Of a stretch of DNA of 64,000 bases, positions 1 through 9,476 are shown piece by piece. The stretch comes from Pseudomonadota bacterium (GTDB lineage Bacteria > Pseudomonadota > Alphaproteobacteria > RF32 > CAG-239): the NCBI GenBank assembly GCA_918234285.1, contig CAKJXZ020000021.1, forward strand, positions 1 to 64,000. The letters are read 5' to 3'. Each line of letters starts with the position of its first letter. Position 1 is the first letter of the stretch. The position numbers and the translations under genes are program-made. The notes below the pieces were generated by a model. That model was not told where the DNA came from. It did no database searches and saw nothing but the letters and a program-made list of their open reading frames with translations.

Positions 1-273
1 ATAGAAGTCAGAAGAAGGCTTCTTATCCATTCTATTCAATAAAGAAGAAACAATCTCGTTCAGAATCTTTATGATATTACTCTTTCCTGAAGCATTGGCT
101 CCATAAAAAGCCGTAACTGGCGTAATCATCTCTTCGCCAATGGCTTTTTCGTTTCTGATATAGTTTGTCGGCATGTTGGTATATTTTGATTCTGCCGTAA
201 AAAATATTTCTTGTTCATCCTTAAATGACAAGATATTTGCAAACTTCAATCTCAGTAGATTAACTTTTGTCAT
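1..273 (-). CDS. AAA/ABC-type ATPase (AAA_21/AbiEii/RloA-like), N-terminal part; runs off the window edge
   Basis: Manual translation MTKVNLLRLKFANILSFKDEQEIFF...TAFYGANASGKSNII shows an NxxSFK motif and Walker A. Not in the ORF track. Confidence 0.8.
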   Translation of the reverse strand, partial: MTKVNLLRLKFANILSFKDEQEIFFTAESKYTNMPTNYIRNEKAIGEEMITPVTAFYGANASGKSNIIKILNEIVSSLLNRMDKKPSSDFY

Positions 274-708
274 TGTCCTCATCTTTCAAATTACTACTCT
301 TTTACTATAATATAGATGATATTCTTCAAAAATCAAGAAAAAATTCATAAAATCTGTAAAAAAAATACAGATTTTACCAAAAAATGCATATTTTTAGCAC
401 GTTTTCTAAAAATCCTTATTGAAATAAAATGAAAAATTTTTAGGCATTCCGAAAAAACTTTGCAGATGTAAGAACTTTTTTAGAAAAATCTAAAAAACTC
501 TATTAATTTAAAAAGTTTTGAGAAAAATCTCAAATGACAGCAAAATCTAAAAATGTTAAAGAAGACACATTTTTTAACATTATCTCTGAAAATCCCGAAA
601 ATACTATAGTTTTGAAAATGGCTAAAATGCTCCAAACAAAAAAATGTTAAACTTTGTGCGGATTGAGAGGATTGTTTAACATTTTGAAGATTTTTTATAA
701 AATTTGCC

Positions 709-1470
709 TTATTCTGTTATTTTCTCTTTCGGATATGTCAACACAAAGGGTTGTTTTCTTTCATCTTCCGGAAGTATCTGATGGTCAAACCAAGACCAGA
801 AAAAGTTTTCTCCGTTTTCAATACCATATCCGTCTTGATTATGGTCAGCCGTATCATACGTATCGGCAAAAATCAGCACATCATCAGCGGTTTCCTTCGT
901 TCCCATGGTATCATAGCCGATAATAACTCGCCAATGCCCGCCCATAAAAACATTTTCCACCATAATCGGGTGCCCTGATTTTAATTGTTCTTGCACAAAA
1001 GCCATAAACGGTTCATAATCCTCAAGCGGTTGCCATTCATCAAGATTTGTCTTAACATTCCAACCAAGATTGCGAAAATAATTTGCAATGCCTTTAACAC
1101 TCGTTCCGGTTTCAAAACTCGCACCCATTTTTTCTATCAATTCTTCTTCGGTAGCACCTTTTTTCCCATAATACTCTAAAACAGTTAAAGCCGCCGCCGG
1201 ACCGCATGAATATTCCGTTGTTTGCTGAAAAGTCGGATAATGACTCAAAACTGTTAAGTTTTCATTTGACTTCATTTCAAAAACATCCGGCATAGCAAAG
1301 TATGGCGAATTGATATGATTTACGTTTACCGCATCTTCCTGTTTTATACCAAAATTATCTTTTTTAGTGTAAATATCACCATTACTATCATCAACCGGAA
1401 ACGCTTGTGCAAAAATTGCACTCAATCCGACTATGCCTAAAAACACTATAAAAACTGCCTTTTTCATCAT
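709..1470 (-). CDS. Secreted papain-like C39-family peptidase
   Basis: Signal peptide MMKKAVFIVFLG; QQTTEYSCGPAA (Cys) and GGHWRVIIGYD (His) motifs. Confidence 0.8.
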   Translation of the reverse strand: MMKKAVFIVFLGIVGLSAIFAQAFPVDDSNGDIYTKKDNFGIKQEDAVNVNHINSPYFAMPDVFEMKSNENLTVLSHYPTFQQTTEYSCGPAAALTVLEYYGKKGATEEELIEKMGASFETGTSVKGIANYFRNLGWNVKTNLDEWQPLEDYEPFMAFVQEQLKSGHPIMVENVFMGGHWRVIIGYDTMGTKETADDVLIFADTYDTADHNQDGYGIENGENFFWSWFDHQILPEDERKQPFVLTYPKEKITE

Positions 1471-1538
1471 TTTCACCTCATTTTGAGGTAATATTAGAGC
1501 AATTTTGGTTAAAAAAGGCATAAATCAGCGCAAAAATT

Positions 1539-1925
1539 TTATAGTTTTGAATTTCGTAATTTGCGAAAAATTGATTTTACTTCTTCTGTCGGGACATATT
1601 TTTTTTCATCATTCCATAAAAATCGGTGGCTAAAGACTTTTCCACGATAAATGTAGACGATGTGGGTGGAGTTATCTCCGTGCGAAATTCGGTAATGAAT
1701 CAGCGGAAAGCCTTTATAAATAAAGCCTTTGTCCCATAGGTCAATTAAATTTCCAAGTGTAATTTTATCAATTTTGTAGGCGTAATACGGGCAAGCAAAG
1801 GCATTGATTACAAATCCCGTAATGATGAAATTTGCGCACGGTCTGGTCTTTAATTTGCTCCGATTGGCAAAAATCCAGTCAAAATGGCGCAAAATCCATA
1901 GTCTGTTTATGCTATATTTTGGCAT
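1539..1925 (-). CDS. Hypothetical protein
   Basis: 128-aa ORF overlapping the stop of the upstream recombinase. Confidence 0.55.
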   Translation of the reverse strand: MPKYSINRLWILRHFDWIFANRSKLKTRPCANFIITGFVINAFACPYYAYKIDKITLGNLIDLWDKGFIYKGFPLIHYRISHGDNSTHIVYIYRGKVFSHRFLWNDEKKYVPTEEVKSIFRKLRNSKL

Positions 1926-2496
1926 TTTCTACAGCATTTACAAGCATTTGCTCGTTATAATTAAAATATTTTTGAGTTGTTGAAATCTGACTATGATTTG
2001 CGAGCCGTTGCACAATACAAATATTCACCCCAGCATTGACCAATTTTGAAACGAACAAATGCCGTCCTAAATGGCTTGCGCCCTTGATTCCGAACTTGCT
2101 ATATATGGAACTGAACAGCCGACTGATGCTTACTCGGTTATAGGGTTTATTTAATTTCTGCGAAGTAAAGAGATACGTTTCAGGTGTCAAACTGTCGCCC
2201 CATTTGTCCTGAAGATATTTGAGGTATTCAGATAATTCTTTTTTCATCTGGCTGTTCATCACATACTGGCAACTATGCTTGCCCTTGTTCTTATCATTGC
2301 TCAAATTGATTATGTCCTTCGGCTTGAGTTCCGAATTGTAGCAGTCTTTAACTTGCAAATAAGCAAAGTTTATACTTCTCATTCCATTAAGGCTGCAAAG
2401 AAACATCATCCGAATTTGCTCGGAATGTTTCATAGAGCGGATATAGGTCAAAATGTCTTTAATCTTCTTATCGTCCACAAATTCGCTGTTAATCAT
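1912..2496 (-). CDS. Tyrosine recombinase, catalytic domain only
   Basis: GMR...K...SHLGRH...LANHSQISTTQKY gives the R-K-H-R-H-Y set. 194 aa, with no N-terminal binding domain. Confidence 0.9.
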   Translation of the reverse strand: MINSEFVDDKKIKDILTYIRSMKHSEQIRMMFLCSLNGMRSINFAYLQVKDCYNSELKPKDIINLSNDKNKGKHSCQYVMNSQMKKELSEYLKYLQDKWGDSLTPETYLFTSQKLNKPYNRVSISRLFSSIYSKFGIKGASHLGRHLFVSKLVNAGVNICIVQRLANHSQISTTQKYFNYNEQMLVNAVENAKI

Positions 2497-2562
2497 AGTC
2501 GGCTCCCTATGAAAGACTGCGAGCGAAAGGAATTAAGTCTCGCAGCCTTTCTTGCTAAAATG

Positions 2563-2739
2563 TTATTTTTCTTTCGGTTTTTCTTCTTTAATCATTGCTT
2601 GATAAAAAACCGTATAACGTGGCTGATGGGTCATCGTGGCTATACCTCCGACCAACTGCCAGCCTTTTTTAATTTTCTCATTGACCGCCTTAATCAGGTC
2701 ATCCAAGAAGGTATCACATACTACATCATACTTTATCAT
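2563..2739 (-). CDS. DUF1737-like small protein
   Basis: LIKAVNEKIKKGWQLVGGI...FYQAMIK; GGAGG ribosome-binding site upstream. Confidence 0.7.
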   Translation of the reverse strand: MIKYDVVCDTFLDDLIKAVNEKIKKGWQLVGGIATMTHQPRYTVFYQAMIKEEKPKEK

Positions 2740-2740
2740 C

Positions 2741-3061
2741 TCAATATTCCTCCGCATACATTATGGTTAGCACCCTATTGGTTACTCTTGGGTTTGATAC
2801 ATCCGGTGAGAGATACAAAAATTCTTGGTCATAATAATCAATCTTCCAGAAAATCCGCCTGCCCTTATAGTCAAAGGCACCGAAATCGTGTTCATTGTAA
2901 GGGTCATTGTTTGCATCAAAAGTATCAAAATTGCGCACTTTGGTTATGATTTCCTTGATGTCTTCGGCAGTATTGCTCCGAATGCCCTGCGTTAAGACCA
3001 GCGTGCCTTGTGATAAGTTCTTGCGAAAGTAATCGTTTCGGTCGGCAACTTTATTATTCAT
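2741..3061 (-). CDS. DUF3768 family protein
   Basis: NDPYNEHDFGAF...FWKIDYYD...RVLTIMYAEEY signature. Confidence 0.85.
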   Translation of the reverse strand: MNNKVADRNDYFRKNLSQGTLVLTQGIRSNTAEDIKEIITKVRNFDTFDANNDPYNEHDFGAFDYKGRRIFWKIDYYDQEFLYLSPDVSNPRVTNRVLTIMYAEEY

Positions 3062-3647
3062 TGTTACCTCCCATATAAGTGCTGAAAATCTTATGGAACT
3101 CGTCTTCGGTTAAGTCCTCAACAGGCTTTAAGAACAGCAGCAGCGTTTCATCATTAAACGCCTGATTTTCTTTGGCCAAATCATAGGCGGTCTTGCCGGC
3201 ATTGTTTTTGATAGATGTGTCGGAGTTCTCCGCCAGATTACGGATAAGGTCTTTATGTATCATCGCTTGCGGATGGCGAACGGCATCCATTAGCGGGGTA
3301 CACCCGTCATTATCCTGCGCATCCGGATTAGCACCGGCGTCAATCAAAAGTTCCAAACAATCATAGTTAGCCCGATGCTGCGCCATAATGTGCATAGGTG
3401 TTTCACCATCTTTGTTTTTGCCGTTGATGTTGGCCCCGTGCTCTAAAAACAACTTAATCACTTCCGGTTCATAGAATGCTCGGCAGGCACGAAGGAACGG
3501 TGTCCACCCCTGATGATTATACGGAAGGTTCGGTTTTGCACCTTTTTTCAAGGCAGCTTCTACGGCCTCAATATCGCAGTTAAAAACGGCTGTTTTAAGT
3601 TCTTCAAGTAATTTGTGAGACGGACTCACTTTGATATCATTTTCCAT
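3054..3647 (-). CDS. Ankyrin repeat protein
   Basis: GWTPFLRA, GETPMHIM, GCTPLMDA and GKTAYDLA repeats. Confidence 0.9.
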   Translation of the reverse strand: MENDIKVSPSHKLLEELKTAVFNCDIEAVEAALKKGAKPNLPYNHQGWTPFLRACRAFYEPEVIKLFLEHGANINGKNKDGETPMHIMAQHRANYDCLELLIDAGANPDAQDNDGCTPLMDAVRHPQAMIHKDLIRNLAENSDTSIKNNAGKTAYDLAKENQAFNDETLLLFLKPVEDLTEDEFHKIFSTYMGGNNE

Positions 3648-3872
3648 TTTAATCTCCTTTTAGTCCGCTTATAAGTGGGACAAGTTGGTTTATAAATTCA
3701 CTTTTTGAGAAATGTCTCGGGAGGCATCCCTCGCTTTCTGTTATGATTTAAACATGCGCCGAATCGCTTGTCAAGTACTTTTTTCACAAAAAATACACAT
3801 AAGTCCATGATTCTGCATGATTTTCTTTTAAATTCAATAGGATGAATCGGAAATTTTTTTTGATTAGGATAT

Positions 3873-4694
3873 TTAATATAATCTTTTTTCCAAGTAATCC
3901 TTACATATTTTTTTAATTCCTGATGTAAATTTAACCGTAATAGTTTCTCCGTCTATGCTTTGGATATGCCCAACTCCAAAATGCTCCGAGAAAACTTCTT
4001 CACCTATGTTAATATCAACTAATTCAGTGCTTAAAGGAAATATTTTTGCTACAAATTTATAATATCTGTTATCAACATAAGGTTTATCCGATGTGCTTAT
4101 AACCAACAGAGCTCTTTTATAATTTAAGCATTCATCCGAAAATGAAAAATAATCTCTGTCAGTTACGTAATACTCTTTATACTCGTTATCATCATATATA
4201 AAATCAATCTTGGTCTTTACTTTTTTATTTTCTTCCGATTTATTAGAACAAATTTTATATATCTTGATATCTTCTGCAACAATCAACATTAATGAACCGG
4301 CAAATTTTTGTGCCTTCTCAATAGAAACATTATCTTCAACGTCTTCTAACAAATTTCCATTATCTACATACGGTAAGTAAGACAGAATATCCTCAATTGA
4401 TGCCTGTCTACCAGAGTAATTTCTTATTTTCCTTAAAACAAAATTTTCCTTTTGGATTTCTAAAGGGAAATAATGACCGGAGACTGTTATTATGTCTAAG
4501 AAATTGATTTTCATCCCCTGATATGATAGGTTTCCTTTAATTATAGAATCACCTTCTTCATCGGACACTAATCGCACAAATTGTTTGTTTTTCAAGTTTA
4601 TTCCGGAAACACAGTCTCCATCTCTGCCCAATTTTGATTTTTTGGCAGAAGCGGTTAAAATAACAAGGTCTAATTCTGTGCTTCCTTCATCCAT
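3873..4694 (-). CDS. Dual OB-fold-containing protein with a C-terminal Tudor/SH3-like tail
   Basis: N-terminal LVILTASAK...CVSGIN...FVRLV, and position downstream of a DUF488 pair. The C-terminal IGEEVFSEHFGVGHIQSIDG...VKFTSGIKKI resembles the UvrD/PcrA C-terminal domain. Confidence 0.65.
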   Translation of the reverse strand: MDEGSTELDLVILTASAKKSKLGRDGDCVSGINLKNKQFVRLVSDEEGDSIIKGNLSYQGMKINFLDIITVSGHYFPLEIQKENFVLRKIRNYSGRQASIEDILSYLPYVDNGNLLEDVEDNVSIEKAQKFAGSLMLIVAEDIKIYKICSNKSEENKKVKTKIDFIYDDNEYKEYYVTDRDYFSFSDECLNYKRALLVISTSDKPYVDNRYYKFVAKIFPLSTELVDINIGEEVFSEHFGVGHIQSIDGETITVKFTSGIKKICKDYLEKRLY

Positions 4695-4716
4695 TATTCA
4701 TTTTCCAAACATTTAA

Positions 4717-5166
4717 TTAAAGATGAATGATTTTTACATCATCATTGAGTGTATTCTTAAGATATTCAGCAAGGAGCCGTCTATGGCAGTGCTCTGGTGT
4801 AGGTTCACTACACAATAAACACAATTTTTTTGTATCCGCAGGAATAAATTTGCTTAAAAATTGTTCAATTTTCCTATCTTTTAATAATTTGAGGTATTTT
4901 TCTTCATACGTTGCCCAAGTAATTTTATTTTTTTTATAGTTATCAAGAATATCTTTCGTAGGGGCAAATTGTATAGAATGGTAATATTTTACGTTTAATA
5001 TTTTATCCAAGAAGAATTTCAAATCACTTGATTTTGTAAAACCGGCTAATTGAGATACATTATTGAGTCTGACATCAATTAAACATTGTATTGATGCTTT
5101 TTCCAGCAACTTAAAAAATTGCTCTGCCGACTTTTGTGTAAATCCAATAGTATAGATTTCTAACAT
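4717..5166 (-). CDS. DUF488 family protein
   Basis: IYTIGFT...LIDVRL...LLCSEPTPEHCHRR. Confidence 0.9.
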   Translation of the reverse strand: MLEIYTIGFTQKSAEQFFKLLEKASIQCLIDVRLNNVSQLAGFTKSSDLKFFLDKILNVKYYHSIQFAPTKDILDNYKKNKITWATYEEKYLKLLKDRKIEQFLSKFIPADTKKLCLLCSEPTPEHCHRRLLAEYLKNTLNDDVKIIHL

Positions 5167-5787
5167 TTAATGTTCTCCCTTATATCCTATTTCTTTATTG
5201 CGTTGCTTGTACGCATCTTTAAGTTGTTCTTCCCGTGTTTGTAAAAAACTTGGTTGATATTTATATTTTTGTAGTAAGCGTTCATCTAAATGTTCTTGTG
5301 TTTCCAATTCTGTATTATGTAGGATATGATAAACACTAAAACCTCTTAAACTCAAGGCTCTTGATATCATAATTGCTCGATGACAATCTATAGGGTCTTT
5401 TTCTGCACACATCAAGACGAAACTATATCCTAAATCAAGGCCTTTCGTAATTTTTACTACACCTTCTTCAAATTCTGGACCATTAGTAAAACGTTCAAAA
5501 TCCACACAACGGACGGATTGTCCATCTACATTGCTAATCATATAATATTTTGGATTTTCTTGTCTCGCTCCAAATTCTTTTGCGTAATTACGATACAATA
5601 TTCCATTTTCCTTTAGAAACGGCTCTAACGTTATACGTGAATAAAACTGATAATGTTCCGAAGATACGGGATAACTGCGAACATCGATTAAGCATTTAAT
5701 CCCGTAATGCTTTAATACTTCAAGTAACTTTTCCTTATCTGGAAAAGCAGTATAACCAATTGTATAAACAGAATATTGCTGTTTCAT
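5167..5787 (-). CDS. DUF488 family protein
   Basis: VYTIGYT...LIDVRS...LMCAEKDPIDCHRA. Confidence 0.9.
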   Translation of the reverse strand: MKQQYSVYTIGYTAFPDKEKLLEVLKHYGIKCLIDVRSYPVSSEHYQFYSRITLEPFLKENGILYRNYAKEFGARQENPKYYMISNVDGQSVRCVDFERFTNGPEFEEGVVKITKGLDLGYSFVLMCAEKDPIDCHRAIMISRALSLRGFSVYHILHNTELETQEHLDERLLQKYKYQPSFLQTREEQLKDAYKQRNKEIGYKGEH

Positions 5788-5883
5788 TTCTTTCTCCTTT
5801 TCAAGGATTATAACTTTTATTTGTTACTGTCAATACAAATGCTTTAGAAATATAAATATCTTTATGAAGCATAAGGAGTAGAA

Positions 5884-6198
5884 ATGAAGGTATTGATTGA
5901 AACACTAAACAACCGCAAAGGTTATAAATTCTTTGAAAATAAGGAAGAAATGGATGCTTATTTGGGCAGACACTGCGGCAAAATCGCCAGTTATGAAATT
6001 TTACAAGAAGATGATGCTGCCTCCACGAATGATATTCTGCAAGGATTGGCCGAAGAATGTGAAGTTCTCCATAACAAACTATTCTATCTCTTTAGACAAC
6101 AAGAAAAGTTAAAAAAAGCAAAGCAATACGAGGCTTTGATATACGCCGCCGGCAGAGTATATGAAGCCTATGGTGCCATCAGAAGATGTATAAAGTAA
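5884..6198 (+). CDS. Hypothetical protein
   Basis: 104-aa ORF with an AAGGAG ribosome-binding site and a downstream hairpin. Confidence 0.7.
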   Translation: MKVLIETLNNRKGYKFFENKEEMDAYLGRHCGKIASYEILQEDDAASTNDILQGLAEECEVLHNKLFYLFRQQEKLKKAKQYEALIYAAGRVYEAYGAIRRCIK

Positions 6199-6224
6199 AA
6201 ACCGCCACATTTCCGTAGCGGCTT
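6198..6224. terminator. Hairpin between convergent genes; near-copy at 12584-12610
   Basis: AAAACCGCCACATTTCCGTAGCGGCTT. Confidence 0.55.
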
Positions 6225-6239
6225 TGTTTTATAATCTAA

Positions 6240-7526
6240 TTAAAATTCCATTTTAATCCTACCTGCAAAGCATAATCGGCAATACCACAGCCAATTTTCT
6301 TCTCTTTCTACATGGTTCCAAACTTTTTTCATAAGTTCATATTTGGCCATAACCCCCATATTCTTAATGTGCTTTTCAGGTATTTCAACCTTTACATCAT
6401 CAAATGAACCATTCTTAACATCATGCGGAATTGTTATAAAACCTTTATCTATCAAGTAATAATCATACCCGAATTTCGGCAAAAAAGTATCAATATCCTT
6501 AATAAAATCTGCAACATCAATTCCCTCGCAATCAGGTTTATGCCAGTCTCGTTCCATTTCTTTTTTGCTAAAAGGCAACAAATAAGCCGGATACATAAAC
6601 TTGTTACTTAGGGTTGTAGAAAAGTTGGTTATCCAATTTCTAAAATAACATTCCCATAAAATCTTTCTAATTTGCTTTTTGCCAGATTTCTTTGAAAAAA
6701 TCCTTATTATATCCTTCAATTGTAGAAAGTTCAAATTGCAATAATAAAAATTAACTTCTCTATATTCTACCATACCGATACTGTGAAAAATACTCTCCAC
6801 CTTTGCATAAAATTTATTCATTATTTCCTCAAGATTTTCAGGTATAGGACCGAGAATATCCGCCATATCCTCATAAGATTTTCTATAATATCTTAGCGCA
6901 TCCCCATCAAAAGCCAATTTTTCTTCGTAAGACGAACATTGCTTTTCAAAATCTTGAATATTTTTTTCATATTTCTTCATTGTTTCATAATCTAATCCTC
7001 TCTTTATCCAATTTTCTACTCTCATATGGTAAGTGTTATTCAGATATCTAACAAAAGCTTCTTCATGAAGTAATTCTTCTGTTCTCTTTGCACCATTTTC
7101 TACCAAAAATCCCGCTATTTCCATTTGTGTAAAGACTAAACAATCATAAATCACTGTGTGATTGTGCTTATTTTTGATATTAACATCTACATGACATTCT
7201 TTCACCAGATAGTAAAGGATATGCATATGACGTTCGCTTGATGCCACGTGCAACAATGAATCACCAGTAACAGGGTCAATAAAATCTGCTGATAATCCTT
7301 TTTGAATAAGCAACTTTAATGTATCGAGTTTTCCGCCAACAACTGCATAGAATGCGGCATTTCTTCCTTTTGAATCTGTTATTCCCGAATCAATGCCGTT
7401 ATTAAGCAGTTGTTCTATTTTATCTTTATCTCCGTTCAATACGGCACGAAAGAATGGCGTTATATCTTTCTTTGCTATTTTATATGGTAGCTGCATAAAA
7501 TCATTGTTATTTCTTGTCTTACTCAT
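6240..7526 (-). CDS. Protein with N-terminal ankyrin repeats and an unknown C-terminal domain
   Basis: TPFFRAV, GRNAAFYAV and GDSLLHVA repeats in the first ~150 aa. Confidence 0.8.
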   Translation of the reverse strand: MSKTRNNNDFMQLPYKIAKKDITPFFRAVLNGDKDKIEQLLNNGIDSGITDSKGRNAAFYAVVGGKLDTLKLLIQKGLSADFIDPVTGDSLLHVASSERHMHILYYLVKECHVDVNIKNKHNHTVIYDCLVFTQMEIAGFLVENGAKRTEELLHEEAFVRYLNNTYHMRVENWIKRGLDYETMKKYEKNIQDFEKQCSSYEEKLAFDGDALRYYRKSYEDMADILGPIPENLEEIMNKFYAKVESIFHSIGMVEYREVNFYYCNLNFLQLKDIIRIFSKKSGKKQIRKILWECYFRNWITNFSTTLSNKFMYPAYLLPFSKKEMERDWHKPDCEGIDVADFIKDIDTFLPKFGYDYYLIDKGFITIPHDVKNGSFDDVKVEIPEKHIKNMGVMAKYELMKKVWNHVEREENWLWYCRLCFAGRIKMEF

Positions 7527-7541
7527 TGTTCGTCCTTTCAG

Positions 7542-8531
7542 TTATATATTATTCAAATAATTGTATGGAAGGTCATCAAAATCGCAATGGCTAAGGTTGC
7601 AATAACATTTCACACGACCGATATAACCTAAATTATTCTTAGCAATAATAATCTCCGCAATATTGCATTGTTTTCTTTCTCGTTCTACCCATTCCATATG
7701 CCTCTTTTGAAAATGTTCTTCAGTTTCCTTTGATGTCCTTTTGGGCTCATTCCAGTATAAATAGTAATTTTCACGATATAGAAATAATATCTTGTCAAAA
7801 TAACCATGTATCTTAAATTCTCTTATATCTTTCAAAAGAGGTCTTTTATCTTTACGTTTCTCTAAATCCCTTGTTAATTGCGACAGAATAAAAATCGGAA
7901 CATTCAAATCTTTTGCCATGATTTTCAATTCTTGCAAAATCTCTTCGTGGGAATAATATTCCCTATCAATTAATTGCAAATAATCTATAACAATGAAACC
8001 AATCGTTGAATAACGGCTAATATCTGTTATTTTTCTTCTTATATCTACCACTGTTTGCAGACAATCATCACAAATATAAATTGGCAACTGACCTATTTCT
8101 CTTCCTATATTAGCTATTGTTTCAAATTCCTCATATGAATTTGTTCCGTATTCGTAGTATGTCAATTGATGTGTCCAGACTTCTGGTATCTTTGCAGCAA
8201 TAAGCCTTTGAAGTATACATATGCGTGGACGGTCTATACTAAACCACAAGACTGATTTATTGATATTGGGATTTTTTTCTTTCTCCTCTAAGAATGATTT
8301 TGCTATTTTGTATGATAAATTGATGGCAAATGATGTTTTTCCCATGGCAGGTCTTGCTCCCAGTAGAATAACTTCACCGCCACGCATTCCGCCCAATCTT
8401 TCATCTAATTCCCTTATTCCGGTAGATAGGCCTAAGGGTTCATCTTCGTGTTGTATTCTGTATTCAAGTTCCTTCAAATAAGAATTTATTATCGAAGAAA
8501 TGTGTTCGTGGCAATTTCTGCTATCAGCCAT
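7542..8531 (-). CDS. DnaB-like helicase C-terminal (RecA-fold) domain protein, probably catalytically impaired
   Basis: GLSTG...GARPAMGKT, VIDYLQLI and LSQLTR..KRP are present. FSIDR replaces FSLEM, AKNNLG replaces AKQRNG, and there is no N-terminal domain. Confidence 0.85.
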   Translation of the reverse strand: MADSRNCHEHISSIINSYLKELEYRIQHEDEPLGLSTGIRELDERLGGMRGGEVILLGARPAMGKTSFAINLSYKIAKSFLEEKEKNPNINKSVLWFSIDRPRICILQRLIAAKIPEVWTHQLTYYEYGTNSYEEFETIANIGREIGQLPIYICDDCLQTVVDIRRKITDISRYSTIGFIVIDYLQLIDREYYSHEEILQELKIMAKDLNVPIFILSQLTRDLEKRKDKRPLLKDIREFKIHGYFDKILFLYRENYYLYWNEPKRTSKETEEHFQKRHMEWVERERKQCNIAEIIIAKNNLGYIGRVKCYCNLSHCDFDDLPYNYLNNI

Positions 8532-9228
8532 TGTCTTTCTCCTCATAAAACCACAATTTCTGGCAATCTTTCAAGTGTTCGGCATATTTCAAAGATGAGG
8601 TGTTGGCACGAACATATATAGCCTTGTCACTCGATGGCTTAATAACCTCAATATCTACCGGTTCTTTGTAACCTCTTTCTGCCGTCAATTTGAAAGTCAT
8701 ATCCGTTGCAATTAAATCTTCCGAAGAGTCTCGCTGCCAGCATATCACCGGAATATCAAGAATATGCGCCACATCTTTCAACATCAATGTTGCCCCATCT
8801 TCATCAAGACCATATCTTAACTTGTATATCGGCGTGACAACAGCCAACAGTTTTTTATCCTTTAGGTGTTGAAATTTTTTTAAGTTTAGCCAAGCAGAAT
8901 AGCTTCTCAGCAACAAATCAACGCCTTGTGTCGGGTCATCTTGCATAGGTAGTCCATGTCGTGTTAAAAGGCTGTCTTTCGAAATTCTGTTGCCAATCAG
9001 CGCATAATCGCCATCAGCAGGACTATTGTCAAAAATAGTGGAAGTAAACAACGGAAAATCAAGAGTGTTCATTATCAACGCAAAACCGTCGTTATTGTCG
9101 GCAATTCCCTGTGTTAAACTGATTATAAATTGCTCTGTTTGTATACATTCTCCTTGCACCGTCGCCAAATCGCCGGCGTTGAGACCGCCTAAATCCGTAT
9201 CAATAAAAGAAAAGCCTGTTTTTATCAT
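8524..9228 (-). CDS. Highly degenerate DnaB-like protein with no Walker A
   Basis: IKTGFSFIDTDLGGLNAGDL and LKDVAHILDIPVICWQ match DnaB segments; GKT is absent. Confidence 0.65.
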   Translation of the reverse strand: MIKTGFSFIDTDLGGLNAGDLATVQGECIQTEQFIISLTQGIADNNDGFALIMNTLDFPLFTSTIFDNSPADGDYALIGNRISKDSLLTRHGLPMQDDPTQGVDLLLRSYSAWLNLKKFQHLKDKKLLAVVTPIYKLRYGLDEDGATLMLKDVAHILDIPVICWQRDSSEDLIATDMTFKLTAERGYKEPVDIEVIKPSSDKAIYVRANTSSLKYAEHLKDCQKLWFYEEKDNG

Positions 9229-9476
9229 TTTAATTCCTCTGCGCTGATTTGTTTAACCTTGTCACCGTGTTCATTGAATAAATCGATTTTTCCTGCCGTG
9301 TCTGACTGAACGTAAACGTAGTCCTTATCGACCTTGACAATCGTTTTACCAACACCCCATGCCGGACAACGTATATTCCTTCCGCTATAAACAATCGCAA
9401 TCATGCCTTCTAAAGTGTGCGGAAATTTATCAATCGGTCGGCTAAACTTTATCATATCCCGAATATATTCTATCAT
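9225..9476 (-). CDS. Small hypothetical protein, paralogue of 9473-9886
   Basis: C-terminal KVDKDYVYVQSDTAGKIDL...KVKQISAEEL. Confidence 0.75.
   Translation of the reverse strand: MIEYIRDMIKFSRPIDKFPHTLEGMIAIVYSGRNIRCPAWGVGKTIVKVDKDYVYVQSDTAGKIDLFNEHGDKVKQISAEELK

Noticed and set aside
2275-2949. 224-aa plus-strand ORF, and similar ones such as 10560-11072, 54117-54758, 56808-57311 and those inside 38038-50655
   Set aside because: These are antisense shadows of well-supported minus-strand genes.
7542-8531. Host replicative dnaB
   Set aside because: It lacks the N-terminal domain and key catalytic residues, and lies inside an island.
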